Notes: generated from the letters alone by a model not told the origin. DNA of 64,000 nt from Gracilinanus agilis (GCF_016433145.1 NC_058131.1:113112793-113176792); one strand, 5' to 3'. Counted from the stretch's first letter, positions 1 through 12,989 are shown. Numbers and translations: made by a program.

Positions 1-1319
1 TTCTCATGTCTTTGATGATGAAAAGTTTGTTCTTAAAGTCTTTGAAGACCTTTTCCATTTTCTTTTGTTTATTATCTCTTTGTTTTAATCTTTAAGTACT
101 CAGGGCCATCTTGTTTAGTTGGCTCTCTAGCTAAGTTTACTCTTAAAGTGGTTTTACTTTCTAAGGTGACATTATTCATAATTTTCCACATTTTATCTAC
201 TATTCTACCTAAATGCCATTTACTAACTATGTGATCATGAGCAAATCACAACCTTTTTTTTTTGAGTCTTTATTTCTTTGCCTTGAATATGACAACAATG
301 ATATTTGTACTACCTCCTGGGTTAAATTTCTGTATAAAATAAGAATAGTCTAGGTCTTTGTTCTTTCTTTTGTCCATTACTCAATTTTTATTACCAATTA
401 CCTATCATTTGAATAGATCAAGATTGAGTTGTTTCAATTGCATGGCACATTTCTCTCATTTTCATTCTTTCTTCTAGCTTTGTACTAATTTTCATCTTTG
501 ATTTAACAAGTTGGTAGTTTAACTATACATAGACAGTTGATTCAGGCATGATTACCAAGTCAGTAAAAAGTTGTTTCCTGACTCTTAAAATATATTCAAC
601 TTCATTTTTTGTTAAGTTATTTATATGTCCAGCTCCTTCTGATTCTTTCCTCAAAGAGAGTAACGCATATGATATATACCCTCAAGCTTCTGTGTAGATA
701 AAAGTGAGCTGGTGAATACTTAACAAAGAGCTTCCTGAAAAAAAATGAATGCACATTTTTTATTTTAATCTACATTATTAACATTTTCTCTATCACTTTC
801 CTAAGACTAGACAATCAGCACAATAATAAATCAAACCCATATTTGTACTATTTGACAATTTCTGAGGTATAAATTCTTCCACTGAAAGTTAAACAATCAA
901 TTTGAAGGTACGGGTCAGTTCTGGCATACTTTTGTGTGTAAACTAAAATTTGGGCCTTTCTCACTCCTTATTACTGACCCATGTTTTCCAATAGTTTTCT
1001 CATGGTGCAGAGAGCAAAAAAGTAGTCACTTTGCTAATCAAATTTCACTCAAGGAAAAGAAAAATTACAAGTTGGACAAATAGGAAGAATATGATGAATG
1101 CCTTGAAGACAGATTATTAAAAAGAGCCTAGTCCCAGCTAATTTTTATATCCATATGTTTGATTTTTATCTTCCAAGTATTAACAAGAAAAGTTCTATCT
1201 TTTGGAATCAATGTTTTGTTCTTTAAGTACTTATATTCCATTATTAAGAAACATTTTACATTAGTAGAAAAAAAATCTTATGGAATGGTCATAGAGTCCC
1301 CCCTTCAAATAGTTAGGGG

Positions 1320-1800
1320 GAGAGTGTAGAAAAAATTCTAGATGTGGAAACAGGAAGACACAAATTCAAAACCTGCCTCTGAAATTTACTAAGAATTAGG
1401 AACTGAGGAGAAAGGGAAGAAGCATTCATGTGCCAGGCACTGTGCTAATAACTTTATAAATATTATCTCATTTGATCCTGACAACAATCCTGTAGAGTAG
1501 GAGCCGTTATGATCCCTATTCTATATTTGAGGAAACTGAGACAGACTTAAGTGACTTGCTTGGAATTTGAATGGGAGTGAGGTCTCACATCTGATAAATA
1601 TCTGAAGCTTGATTTGAACTCATGTCTTCTGGACTCCAGTCCACTTGCACCATCTTGCCACCACTTACTAGTTTTGTGATCCTAAGTGAGCTTTCGTTTC
1701 TTTGTCTTAAACCTGAGAATACAATATTTTCACTAACTCCCTCCAAACGGTTATTAAAAGGGAAGAACTAGGAACTATAGAGCATTGTAGAAAGTAAATT
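1320..1800. mobile_element. MIR/CORE-SINE cluster (minus copy within plus copy)
   Basis: CORE motifs such as 'gaggaaactgagac..ttaagtgacttgc', 'ttcaaaacctgcctctga' and 'acttactagttttgtgatcctaagtgag'; boundaries approximate. Confidence 0.75.
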
Positions 1801-2339
1801 AGTATTATATAATTTCAAACACTTGATTTATGTTCCTAGTTCTCTCATGAGGGACAAGTAAAAATCAAAAGCCATGAAATAAATAATTCTAGAGAAAGAC
1901 TCCTAGAACATAGTGAGACTAAATGAAAAAAAAATAAGTGTTTAGGATGGTAAATATGATTTATTGTTTGGCAAACATTGTTCATTTCATTTTTTTATCT
2001 GTAAAATGGGGATATGAAGAACATCAACTTCCCAGAGTTGTTGAGAAGATAAAATGAGATGACGTGTGTAAAGCAATTAGTTAACACAGTGCCCAGCACA
2101 TAGTAAATGCTACGTAAATATTCACTATTAATATTCATCATCATAGCTGTTGTTAAATATAAAAGCACTGATCCTCCACATCTTTGTGACTTTCAGGTCC
2201 TTTATAAAAACCTTGACAATATTCAAAAATCTGTGTACTTCATGATCACAACCAACCTTCTGTGTATTCCATCTCTCTTATATACACCTCTCAAAATAAT
2301 TTCTTGTGTATGTGTATTTTTAATCCATCTCGAGAGACA

Positions 2340-2470
2340 TTTCTTTTTTTTTTATTCAAAGAGATTTTATTTTCCCAGTTACATGTAATAACAATTTTCA
2401 ACATACGTTTTCTAAAATTATAAGATCCAAATTGTCTCCCTGCCCCCTCCCAGAGATGTTGAGAGGCATT
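2340..2470 (-). mobile_element. L1 3' tail fragment
   Basis: T-rich start then 'ttcccagttacatgtaataacaattttcaacatac', typical of antisense marsupial L1 3' UTR. Confidence 0.6.
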
Positions 2471-3439
2471 TCTTAGGAACTAAATTTAAAAAGGAAGGGA
2501 AAGGGAAAAGACCGTTTCTATACTTGCATATCTCAGAGGCTGAGTAAAGTGTATCTGTGTCTTTGTGGGTTTCTGTCTGTGTATTAGAAGGAAGATGATC
2601 TTTTTATATAAGACACTTTTCCCTCTCAATGTATTTGGTAATTAAAGAGGCAGGAGAAAAAAAATTCCAATTGCCTCAGTGTTATCAGCATGCCAGTTTT
2701 AAATTTCTGTCTTCACAGTGTTTTCTCCTCATATGGCTGATTTTCTCACCATTCTGGTGCAGAATATGAGACAAGTACCACTGTTGAGAAGATAAAAGTT
2801 TCCAATAAAAGCCTATTACTCTTTGGTATGGAAATTTGGGGTCCATGCTACTTTGAGTGAGATAGAAAGCCGCTGAGCAGCCAAGAAACCAAGAGTTGAG
2901 GCTGATAGAGCTGCATTAAGATTATCTCACCTGCCCTAGTGTGAGAGAAAATATGAGTCAAGGATAAATCACTCATCTTAAACCAGGAATTTTCTGCTTT
3001 TATTTGGCCTGGGAATAAAACAAAGTCTGGCGGGAGGGGTTATTCTCTCCCCTACCCGACAAAGCTGCTTCTTAGGTTTCTGGGAAGGTCAGGAAAGGGC
3101 AGTCCCCAAAACACCTTCATTGATCCAAGGAGGGCTTCCACCCAAAGAACAGAACACAGAAAACCAGATCTAGTCAAGTTCCTGGGTTCCCATAAAGTTA
3201 ACAGATTTATGCAAAAAAGGACAAATTCTAGATTTGGATCAATATTATGATAATAATTGTCACTTTAAAAGAGTTCTAAGGTTTGCAAAGTGCTTTTAAT
3301 TATCTCATTTAAGTCTCATGGCAACTCTTTGAAATGAACGCTGCATTGATCATTGTCCTCATTTTTTAGATGAGGAAACAAGCTAAATTGAGGGTTTTAA
3401 AATCTATATATACATACATTTTTTTTCTTTTAGAGGTTT

Positions 3440-3690
3440 TAAAAATAAACTTGTTTCTTAAAATACTTTGATAACGGTATGTCAATATGTACATTAAAAT
3501 ATTATTTTTCTTGCTTTTTTTTTGCAACATGGCTAATACGGAAGTGTTTTGCCTGATTTCACACGTATAATTGATAACACATTTCTTGCCTCCACAATGG
3601 CCAGAGGAGGAATGGGAGGGAAGGAAAGAATTCAGAACTCAAAAAAAAATCTCAGAAAATAAATAAATAATAACTTTAAAAATATTATTC
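3440..3690 (+). mobile_element. L1 3' UTR fragment
   Basis: 'gcaacatggctaatacggaagtgttttgc...gggagggaaggaaagaattcagaactc' followed by an A-rich tail. Confidence 0.6.
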
Positions 3691-3856
3691 TGAGAAGGGC
3701 TTTGCCAGATTGCAAGAGGTTTATGACCCTGAAAAGATTAGGAACTGCTAGGAGAGAAATCAATGACTTGTCTATGATCCCATTGGTGGTCCCTAATTGG
3801 TGCCTGAGGTTCCTGACTTCAAGTCCAACACAGTTTGCACTATTCCACAGTGACTT

Positions 3857-3930
3857 TATCATCTTCATTATCATCATCACCATGATCATAGCCAACATTA
3901 TCATTGTTGTCATTACTGTCATCATCATGC
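3857..3930. repeat. Degenerate (ATC/ATT)n low-complexity tract
   Basis: Trinucleotide periodicity visible directly. Confidence 0.85.
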
Positions 3931-5594
3931 CACCATTGCGTCGGCCAATACCATTATTATCAATTTTGCTAATGTATCTAATGATGTATTAAAGACATGT
4001 TACTGGTCAAATAAAATAAGTGAAAATATTTTCTGGATAAAAATGAGCCCAAATTTGGATAAGTGTATTGGAGATGTGTGTTATTTACTGGATAACCACA
4101 GCATGTTATTCACTGCCATCATCATTGATCAAATACACTCAGATTACAGGAAGGGCATTCATTTTAGAAAGGTGACTAGTAGGCATGATGTAGTATTAAT
4201 CCTCCTGTCATCTATGGGCACTAAATCTAAGCACTACTAAAAATTGTCAGAATGTTCTTATTCAGATACATATTTTTAAATGCCCTACTCTACTGATAAA
4301 CCAAATTTCTGGGCTATTTTTGCTATTTATCTTCCCAACCCCCCAACTCCCCAACCCAGTTACTTCTCTACATCATGGCCTATTGACCATGATATAGAGA
4401 ACTGTAGAAATCAGTTCTAAAAATGAAGATGGTTTAAAATTCTGGTTCAAAATGCAAAGGAAACTGCAAATGTGATAGAATCTTGGACCAAAGCCCAAAA
4501 GATCTTTGCGAAGGGGAGGAGGGAACAACCAAAAACCTGGGTTAGAATGACCTTGTGAAATGTATTTTGCACATGTTCTGGTGGTGAATTGTTTTTATTA
4601 GAAGAAACCTTCAATTTGAAGATAATGTGGCAGTTATCAAATCAGGGGACTGAATGCTAAGGGCAGCAGTAAGAAGCTACAGAGTCTAAGAGAGCACTAG
4701 AACTGGAGCCTGGAGACCTGAATTCAAAATTCACCTTGGACACTTACTAGCCATGCGACTACAGGCAAGTCACTTAACCTCCATCAGACTCAGTTTCTTA
4801 CCTGTAAAATCAAGTCCATACCACCATTGCGTCTGGAGAAGGGGTGATGATTGACATTGGGACCATGCTGTCACTACTCGTGATTCATATGATTCCACAC
4901 ATAAAAAATCCTTTACCTAGTCATCACTCCCCTATATCTATTGTTTCCCTTTAAAATATAAACTCCTTGAGGGCAGGAACTATGCTACTTTTTTGTTTAG
5001 ATCTCCAGAACAGAGATAGAGCCTGGCAAACTGGAGGTGCTCAATAAATTCTGCACTCATTCAAATGAGACAATTCACATCAAGTGCTTGATGAACCTTA
5101 AGTCAACATGCATTTATAAGCACTTACTGTATACTAAGCTTTGTGGCTGTACTGAGCTACAAAGAAAGGCAAAATCCTAAAGAACTCATGATGTAATGGA
5201 GAAGGCAACATCCAAAACAGCTATGTATGAAGAAGATACTTAGGAGATAAGCTGGAGATAATCTCAAGGGAAAATACTAGCATTAAGAAGGACTGGTAAG
5301 ACTTCTTGTAGAAGGTAGAATTTTAGCTCAAACTTGAAGGAAGTCATGAGATTTTGATGAGGAAGGAGAAAGCATCTTAAATATTTATACAAATGTCAAT
5401 TATTATTACGGGGAAGGAGCTCAAAAGTAGGACGGAGAAGATCTGGACTTTGGTTCTGTCTTTGGTCTTGGTTCTGTCACTGACAAGGCAGACCTAGGTC
5501 AACTTTTTTCTTTACTGTAAAATGGAGATAACAACACCTGCCTTAACCACTTGATAGGATTTCAACCAATACAAAATAAAATGATATCCATGGA

Positions 5595-5806
5595 GAGGCA
5601 ACTAGGTGGCTCAGTGGATAGATAGTCAGGCTTTGATAGTCAGAAAGTCCTGGTTCAAATCTGGCCCCAAACAATTCCCAGATGAGTGACCCTGGGCAAG
5701 TCACTTAACCACAATTGCCTAGTCCTTACCACTCTTTTGCCTTGGAACCAATACTGATTCTAAGGTTCAATATTGATTCTAAAGTTGAAGGTAGGTGTTG
5801 AAAAAA
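5595..5806 (+). mobile_element. SINE1_Mdo-type CORE-SINE
   Basis: A box 'tggctcagtgg', B box 'ggttcaaatct', CORE 'gaccctgggcaagtcacttaacc', tail 'ttgattctaaagttgaaggtagg' plus A-run. Confidence 0.9.
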
Positions 5807-6319
5807 GATGACCTACATGAAATCTCTTTAAAGAAGTGTGAAGCACTATAAAAATGCAAAGTATTTCAGAGTATCTAGAAGAGAAAACTGTGCCCATTTA
5901 GATGTGATTGTTCAGCTGTGCCAGACTTTTCATGACCCCATGAACCATAGTCATTTATGAAGATTTTGTAAGGCTACTGGACTGATTTGTCACTTCCTTG
6001 TCCAGGTGTTCCAGGGGATCCTTTTGTTAGGCAATCAGAGGTTGTTTCTTGCCCAGGGTCACACAGTTAGGAAGTATCTGAGATCATATTTTAACTCAGG
6101 TCTTCCTGACTCCAATCCTAACACTCTCTCCATAAAGCCACCTATCTGCCTCTTGCCTTCCTTGTAGGGGGAGAAATTTTCTTTTTGGAAATAATCATGC
6201 TAGCTTTTTGTTAACTGTCTCATCTCTGTAATACAGCAAAGAGTAGTTGAACTTGGAGTCAGAGGAAATGGATTCAAATTCAAGTCACTTACTACCAATG
6301 TAACTGTGGACAAGTTAAG

Positions 6320-7560
6320 TCAACAAGCATTTATTAAGCCCCCGTTGTGTTCTAGGCACTATGCTAAGTGTTGGGGATACAAAGAAGATCAACCTCCCTC
6401 AAAAAAAACACAAAGAAAGAATAATCCATGGTTTCAAGAAGTTAACAGTCTAATGGGAGTGACAACATGCATTTGGCCATTTGATCAAGATACAAACAGG
6501 ATAAATTGGAGATAATAACTTCAGAAGGCCCTAAGGTTGTAGATCAGGAAAAGCTCCTTGCAGAAGGTACTGATACTTGAAGGAAATTAGTAAAGATGAG
6601 GAAGGAAAGAACTCCAGACACTCAGGAACAATATGTGAAAAAAAAATCTAGAGTTGAGGGATGGAGTATAATTTTGGAGGAGCAGAAAAGAATCTGGCAT
6701 CACTGGATCACAGAGTATGTGGGGGGTGGGGGCAGGGATAAAGTGAAAAGAAATCTGAAAATGTAGGAAGGATCCAGGTTATGAAGAACTTTAAAAGCCA
6801 AAGAGAGGATTTTGGTTTTGATCCTGGAGATAATGGGGAACCATTGGGGCTTTCTTGATTGGGAACAGAGTGGGAAGAGACATGGTCAGCCTGTGATTTA
6901 GAACTATCAATTTGACAGCTGAGTGGAGAATAGACTAGAGTAGAGAACTTGAAGCAAGAAGAGCATCCAGAAGGCTATTGAAGTAATCCATGGGCATCTA
7001 GGAGTGTTGAGGGATTGCATGACTTTGGTGGCAGTGTCAAAAGACAAAAGGATATATAGAGGAGAGATGCTACAAATGTAGGAGTGACAGGATTTGGGAA
7101 CTGATTGGATATGGGAGGTGAGAGAGTGAGAAGTCAAGAATGACATCTAGGCTATGAGTCTGAGTGACTGGGAGGAGGAGGATGCCCTAAGGAAGTTAGA
7201 AAGAAGAGTTTGGGAGGAAAGACATGTTTTGGATGTGTTGCATTCAAGATGTTTACTGGACATCCAGTTAGAGATATCCAATAGGCAGTTAGACATGCAA
7301 GACTGAAGTTAAGAGAGAGAGAGGTTAGGGCCAGACAAATAGATCTGGGAATCATCTGCTTGGTGGTAAGAATTACATCCATGGGAGCTAATGAGATTAC
7401 TATGGAAAATAGAAAAGAAAGAGAGGAGGAAAAGTCTAAGGACAGAGAAGTGGGGTGACAACTAAGGTCATCCAGTCAAATCTCAATAAAGAGTCCACAA
7501 AAGATATTGAGACACGATGACTAAATAGGCAGGAGAAGACTCAGGAGATAGTGGTGTCCT
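6320..7560 (-). mobile_element. L2 LINE, 3' ~1.2 kb
   Basis: Antisense L2 3' end 'caacaagcatttattaagc' and body 'gatatccaataggcagttagacatgc', 'gggaatcatctgc'. Confidence 0.85.
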
Positions 7561-10265
7561 GTGGACCTTTTAGACAAATCTCTTAACCTCTTTGGGTCCC
7601 AGTTTTTTAATCTGTAAAATGAGGAGATGGACAAGATGACTTTTCAGGACCCTTCTATCTCTATATCTTTGATCTTGTCTTCCCTTCTAAGAACTAGAGA
7701 TGTCTCTGCATTCATTGCTATTGTTAATATTATCATACCAAGCACCCAGTTGTGTATGGCAGAAAGAAGAGAGTATACTTTAGTTGCTTACAGTTGAAGG
7801 CCAATAACTATTGCAGATACTTTGGAGGACAGTTATGTAGGACTTTCAGAGAGAAGGTAGCATGAATCATGGAAAAAAGACTGTAGTCTGAGGACCTGGG
7901 TTCAAATGCCACTTCTAATGGTTACTACATGTGTGGCTTTGGATGAATCATGTAACCACATTGAGCCTTAGTTTCCTTATCTGTTAAATGATGTGTTTGG
8001 ACCAAATGATCTCTAAGACACCTTCTAGACCTAAACCTATGATAATATAACATCAAGCCAATTTATGAATAGTAAAATGTTTATATACAATCCACATTCA
8101 AAGAGTATTTCTTGGGTAGAGACCAAAGGTCACTCTTGCCCAGAATCACCTGCCTAGTCAGTGGCAGGTCTCTTTATTCCAAGTATTCTTTTCAGTACAA
8201 CATATTTCCCTCTGAAAATTAATAAACTCTCTTGTCCCAATGTATACTTTCTAAAGATTGCCCCTCATACATATAATAGAGAAATGATAGTCACCAAAGG
8301 CTTTTATAACCAATGAGAGCATTGAAATGAAAAAAAAATACAACTAATTTAACTTGACAAATATGTATTAAGAATCTCCTATGTGCAAAGTATTGAGCCC
8401 ATTGCGCTTCTAAACAAGTTTGATTTCTTCGACCATTGTCCTTTACACAGTGAGGATAATGCGTATAAAACTCAAAATTACAAGCCACTCTGTAAATATC
8501 AGTTATGATGAGGATGATAATGAGAATGTCTGAATATATTAATTTCCCAGAGAATACAGTAATGAAGAAAAAAATTCCACGTTGGTGGTGAAATTATTTT
8601 GGGGTTGTTGCTGTGTACACAGTATGGCATATGATGTTGTGATTATCAAAAGAGTATGGCTCTGTTCAACTCCCTGCCTCTCCAGTGTTACCTCTTACCT
8701 CCCCTTTTTCTTTCTTTCTTTTTTCTCCACCCCTCTATTTTCCTATTCACTGTCATGAAGGACTGCCTGCAAAGGGTCAATTCAACCCAGCATGGCTCTA
8801 GCAGAGATATGAATCACCAGCAGCAGCAACTACACCAAGTGGATAAAAATTATAGGATGCTGTTCTTGACGAGAGTTACATAAATAGAATATGTCACAAC
8901 CATCCTGAAGATTTGGACTCTATCGACACTTCATGGGAATGAAGCCATCAACTGCCTGGGGCTATGTCTTTGGTCAGAGGTAACCATTATCTTCTGCGGA
9001 TTAACTCCAATGCCTTGGAGAGGATAGCTAGAAAACCTGTCCTTCCTCCTGTTTTTAAAGTGGAAAAATGGAATTCTTCCATTTACAAAAGAAGGTGATT
9101 AGTTAGAATCCTATCACCCAGTAGGAACACTTTATTTTCATCCTCCTGGGTCTATGGTTTGTGCCGACAGCCTTGTGAGATGAGCCCTTTGGAAAAAATG
9201 TTCAGGTCCAGGTGCAGTTGTCTCTGGAAAAGCCTTAATTAAGACAGATCCATTTTGATTTCACTATAAGTGGTTTTTCTTTTCTGTGTTGAATAAATTT
9301 ATCACAGACTGCCTTAATAATCCAGAGCTAGTTGTCTCCGCACTTTCTGCAAATCAAAGTAATTAATTTCTTATTTGTGAGAAGCAGAAAATGAAGCATT
9401 GGTTCAGAGCCATTGTTTTATGTAAAAGCAGGTACCATGAATGGAATGTCAGTGAATCCTTATAAAAGCATCTTAACCTACTTCCTCCCTTCCAGCTCTC
9501 TTTCCCCATCTTAAATCAAATTCCCCAGAATGTGCCAACGTCCCTTTCCCCCTTGTTTTGCTAGTTTGGCCTTCACTGGCTAAAGTGGTCCAGTTCTAGC
9601 TCTCAGGGAATAGAAACATAATGGCATACTTCTAAAAGCTAAGTGTACAAGGTTTTGTTGATAAATATACAAACCATCAATGGTACATGGGAAAAGGATA
9701 TACAGGAAAATGTGCCAATCTGCTCTGCTGGTCTCAGTTGTTTATTCTGGTCCTCCAGGGGCAAAGTAGCACATATGGTAGGTCCAGGCAACCCTAGCTC
9801 TGTCCAGTACACAGGCCACACTCTAGCAATAGGGAATGGCTCTGTTTTGTAATCTGGAGGGCAAAGGCAGCTGGATCATTTTTCAAATGCACCAGCAGAT
9901 CCCAGATACCTCTTGAATATACCAGTTGTGAGCAAGCTAGATAAGGCTGCATGAAAGAATGGATAGAATTCCTTTAGAAGAGAGAATGGGAAGGGGGGGT
10001 TGGGGAAGGGGGAAGGCCTAGGGCCATTGCATTCATGCATCTATTAGTTATTCTACCTGATTCTTTTGAGACTGTAGTACTAAAAAGGTCAAGTCAACAA
10101 ACATTTATTAAGCACCTACTTTGTGCTAGGAACTGTGCTAAAAGGTCTTTCTAGAAGAAGGAGAGATACAATTAGGCTAGGCTAGTCACTGCCTAAAAAG
10201 TCAAACCACTTTTCTTGGATTAATGAAAAGTAGCTGCCTTTCGTAGTAGCCAAGGAGGTGTGGTG

Positions 10266-10350
10266 TATGAGAGAGACAGAGACAGACACAGAAGGACAGA
10301 GAGACAGACACATATATTCTCTCTCTCTCTCTCCTCTCTCCTCCTCTTCC
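10266..10350. repeat. (GA)n/(CT)n microsatellite running into an N run
   Basis: Seen directly. Confidence 0.9.
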
Positions 10351-10489
10351 NNNNNNNNNNNNNNNNNNNNNNNNNNNNNNNNNNNNNNNNNNNNNNNNNN
10401 NNNNNNNNNNNNNNNNNNNNNNNNNNNNNNNNNNNNNNNNNNNNNNNNNNNNNNNNNNNNNNNNNNNNNNNNNNNNNNNNNNNNNNNNN
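10351..10489. other. N run (gap or masked sequence)
   Basis: 139 N. Confidence 1.
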
Positions 10490-10714
10490 GGTACTAGGTT
10501 CTGCCTGTGCTCCAATTAGCTGTGTGAACTTTATTTAATTTCTCTGTTCCTTGGATTGTTCATCTAAAAAAATGAGAATAATGATAGCTGCTCTAACTTC
10601 CTCTGAAGTTTTTGTGAAGATAAAGCAAAATAAGTATGAAAGCATTTTAGTAAGTTAAAAGTACATATCAATATAAAATACCATTATTATTCCATAGAAT
10701 TTATAATGGTTTGA

Positions 10715-11573
10715 CTACTTTCCCCTGCTATCATTTTAGCCAATCTGCTAGGCATGAGGTGGTACCTCAGAGTTGTTTTGATTTGCATTTTGGGACTTTA
10801 ATGCATTGCTAGTGGAGTTGTGAACTGATCCAACCATTCTGGAGGGCAATTTGGAACTATGCCCAAAGAGCGATAAAAGACTGCCTGCCCTTTGATCCAG
10901 CCATACCATTGCTGGGTTTGTACCCCAAAGAGATCATAGATAAACAGACTTGCACAAAAATATTTATAGCAGCGCTCTTTGTGGTGGCAAAAAACTAGAA
11001 AGCAAGGGGATGCCCTTCAATTGGGGAATGGCTGAACAAATTGTGGTATATGCGGGTGATGGAATACTATTGTGCTCAAAGGAATAATAAACTGGAGGAA
11101 TTCCATGTGAACTGGAAAGACCTCCAGGAATTGATGGAGAGTGAAAGGAGCAGAGCCAGAAGAACATTGTACACAGAGACTGATATATTATGGTAAAATC
11201 GAATGTAATGGACATCTGTACTAGCAGCAATGCAATGACCCAAGACAATTCGGAAGGATTTATGGAAAGGAACACTATCCACATTCAGAGGAAGAACTGC
11301 AGGAGTAGAAACACAGAAGAAAAACAACTGCATGGACACTTGGGTTGATGAGAACATGATTGGGGATGTAGACCTGAAAAGACCACACCCATGTAACTAT
11401 CAATAATGTGTAAATAAGTCTTGACTGACCACACCAGTGGAAATGCGAATTAGTTGGGGGAGGGGTGAGTCCGGGGATGGGGTGGTGAAGGGGGTGAAGG
11501 GTAAAGTAAAAACATGACTTATGTAACCAGGGAAATTTTTTCTAAAAATAAAAATTATTTAAAATAAAAAAAA
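10715..11573 (+). mobile_element. 5'-truncated L1 with 5' inversion, ORF2 C-terminus remnant, 3' UTR and poly(A)
   Basis: Sense part translates LMHC*WSCELIQPFWRAIWNYAQRAIKDCLPFDPAIPLLGLYPKEII...WLNKLWYM; 10715-10790 is antisense L1 ORF2; flanked by TSD agaatttataat(g/a)gtttga at 10696-10714 and 11574-11592. Confidence 0.95.
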
Positions 11574-11629
11574 AGAATTTATAATAGTTTGAAACAAAAG
11601 TCATTCGTTTTAGTAGAATGTACTTCCCA

Positions 11630-11825
11630 TGAGGTGGCATGGTTTAGTGCAACAGAGAGCCTGCCTAGAGTCAAGAAGACTTTAGTTCAAATCTGGTCTT
11701 TGGCCTTGGACAAATGGTTTAACCTCTTAGTACCCTAGGCAACATTCTAAGCCTGTAATTATAGAACAGTTGCCTATCTACATTAGTAAAGAGAGTTTCC
11801 TCACCAGGAGTTCTTATATCTATGA
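11630..11825 (+). mobile_element. Marsupial CORE-SINE
   Basis: tRNA-like head plus tail 'gagtttcctcaccaggagttcttatatctatgaaatcacag'; related minus copies near 23840-24060, 35350-35500 and 41560-41790. Confidence 0.7.
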
Positions 11826-11879
11826 AATCACAGATATAGGAAAAAAAAGTTCTTCAGATAATATTTTTGGATTTAAGAC

Positions 11880-12450
11880 ATAGAACACTATTATCTCTGA
11901 AGAATCAAAGTAGAAAATCACTCCAAGGTCAATGGAGCAGTATATGGCCACTGTCAAAAGGCTGTAGCACATTCTAAACCAGTAATTATAAAGGATATGT
12001 GGTACGGGGACATCTAGTTGTCTTAGTGAATTGAGAGACAGGCTTAGAGATGAGAGGTCTTGAGTTCTCAAATCTAGTCCCAGACACTTCCTAGGGATGT
12101 GACCCTGGTCAAGTCACTTAATCCCCATTGCCTAGCCCTTATCACTCTTTTGTCTTGGAACCAATACACAATATTGATTCTAAAACAGAAGGTAAGAGTT
12201 AAAAAAAAAAGTAGGTGGTGCAAAGGATGCTATCAAATAAATGCACAATGAAAAAAGATGAGCTGGTTATATGGCAAAAGCAAAGGATAATAAATTGACA
12301 ACCATCAAGTTGCTCTCGTATCCACACAATATCAAGAGAGCTCAAGGAAGGCCCCGTTTCATCAAGAGGACCCACTGAGATGAACATGTTTGAGGGCAGG
12401 GATGAGAAGTGCATAAGATAGTTATGGGTGGGATTCAATCTGCACCTTTG
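11880..12450 (+). mobile_element. RTE-clade LINE 3' fragment interrupted by a SINE
   Basis: After the SINE translates R*AGYMAKAKDNKLTTIKLLSYPHNIKRAQGRP, matching the RTE C-terminal RWAGH..DNRW..KR.RGRP pattern. Confidence 0.75.
12006..12210 (+). mobile_element. SINE1_Mdo-type SINE
   Basis: Head, CORE, 'ttggaaccaatacacaatattgattctaa' tail and poly(A). Confidence 0.9.
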
Positions 12451-12989
12451 TTAAAAGAACAAAAGACAGCTCCTGATTAAATGTCAGTAACTAGGACTGC
12501 CCCAAAGATGATTTGATTGTTTGGGACTCCAAAAAAGATGGAAACAGTCTGGCACTTCGTTAGTTTCATAGTCAAGCAGTCCTAGGTTCAAATCCAACCT
12601 CAGACACTTAACTAGCAGTATGACCCTGAGACAGTTATTTACTTTCTCAGCTTTAATTATGTATTAACTAAGGTTCTTTCCAACTCAAAATCTTTGACCC
12701 TATGATTCTGCATGGAAGAACTATTCTTTTGCTAGAGCCTATAAAATGAGCTTATATGTCTTCTTAGCACTTTATTTTTTATTGTTCCCTCAAGATCTTG
12801 AGAGGGCAGCAGAGTAGATCTGAGTTCTTAGGTGAAGAAACATAGAGGACTTTCTCAACTAAAAAGTTGGCAAGAGCTGGGCTAGAGGTCTAGTATTCTT
12901 GAAAATACTCAAGGAGCACATAGAGTTCCCTATTCTTATTAATGCTAAGTAGAGGAGAATTCATGAGCAATGTTCCTAAGAATTAATCC

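Noticed and set aside
3632-3992. Overlapping 98-aa and 96-aa ORFs
   Set aside because: Produced by an (ATC/ATT) low-complexity tract plus L1 and SINE tails.
8656-8883. ORF with a short polyQ (HQQQQLHQ)
   Set aside because: The N-terminal half translates a polypyrimidine tract, there are only a few CAG units, and no family is recognisable.
10201-10538. ORFs spanning N runs (also at 31032, 46409, 53967 and 62283)
   Set aside because: Their length is an artefact of X codons.
10964-11357. Minus-strand ORFs of 106 and 93 aa
   Set aside because: Antisense to L1 ORF2; the same applies to 40913-41323.
11455-11505. G-rich potential G-quadruplex
   Set aside because: Standard G-rich tract of the L1 3' UTR.
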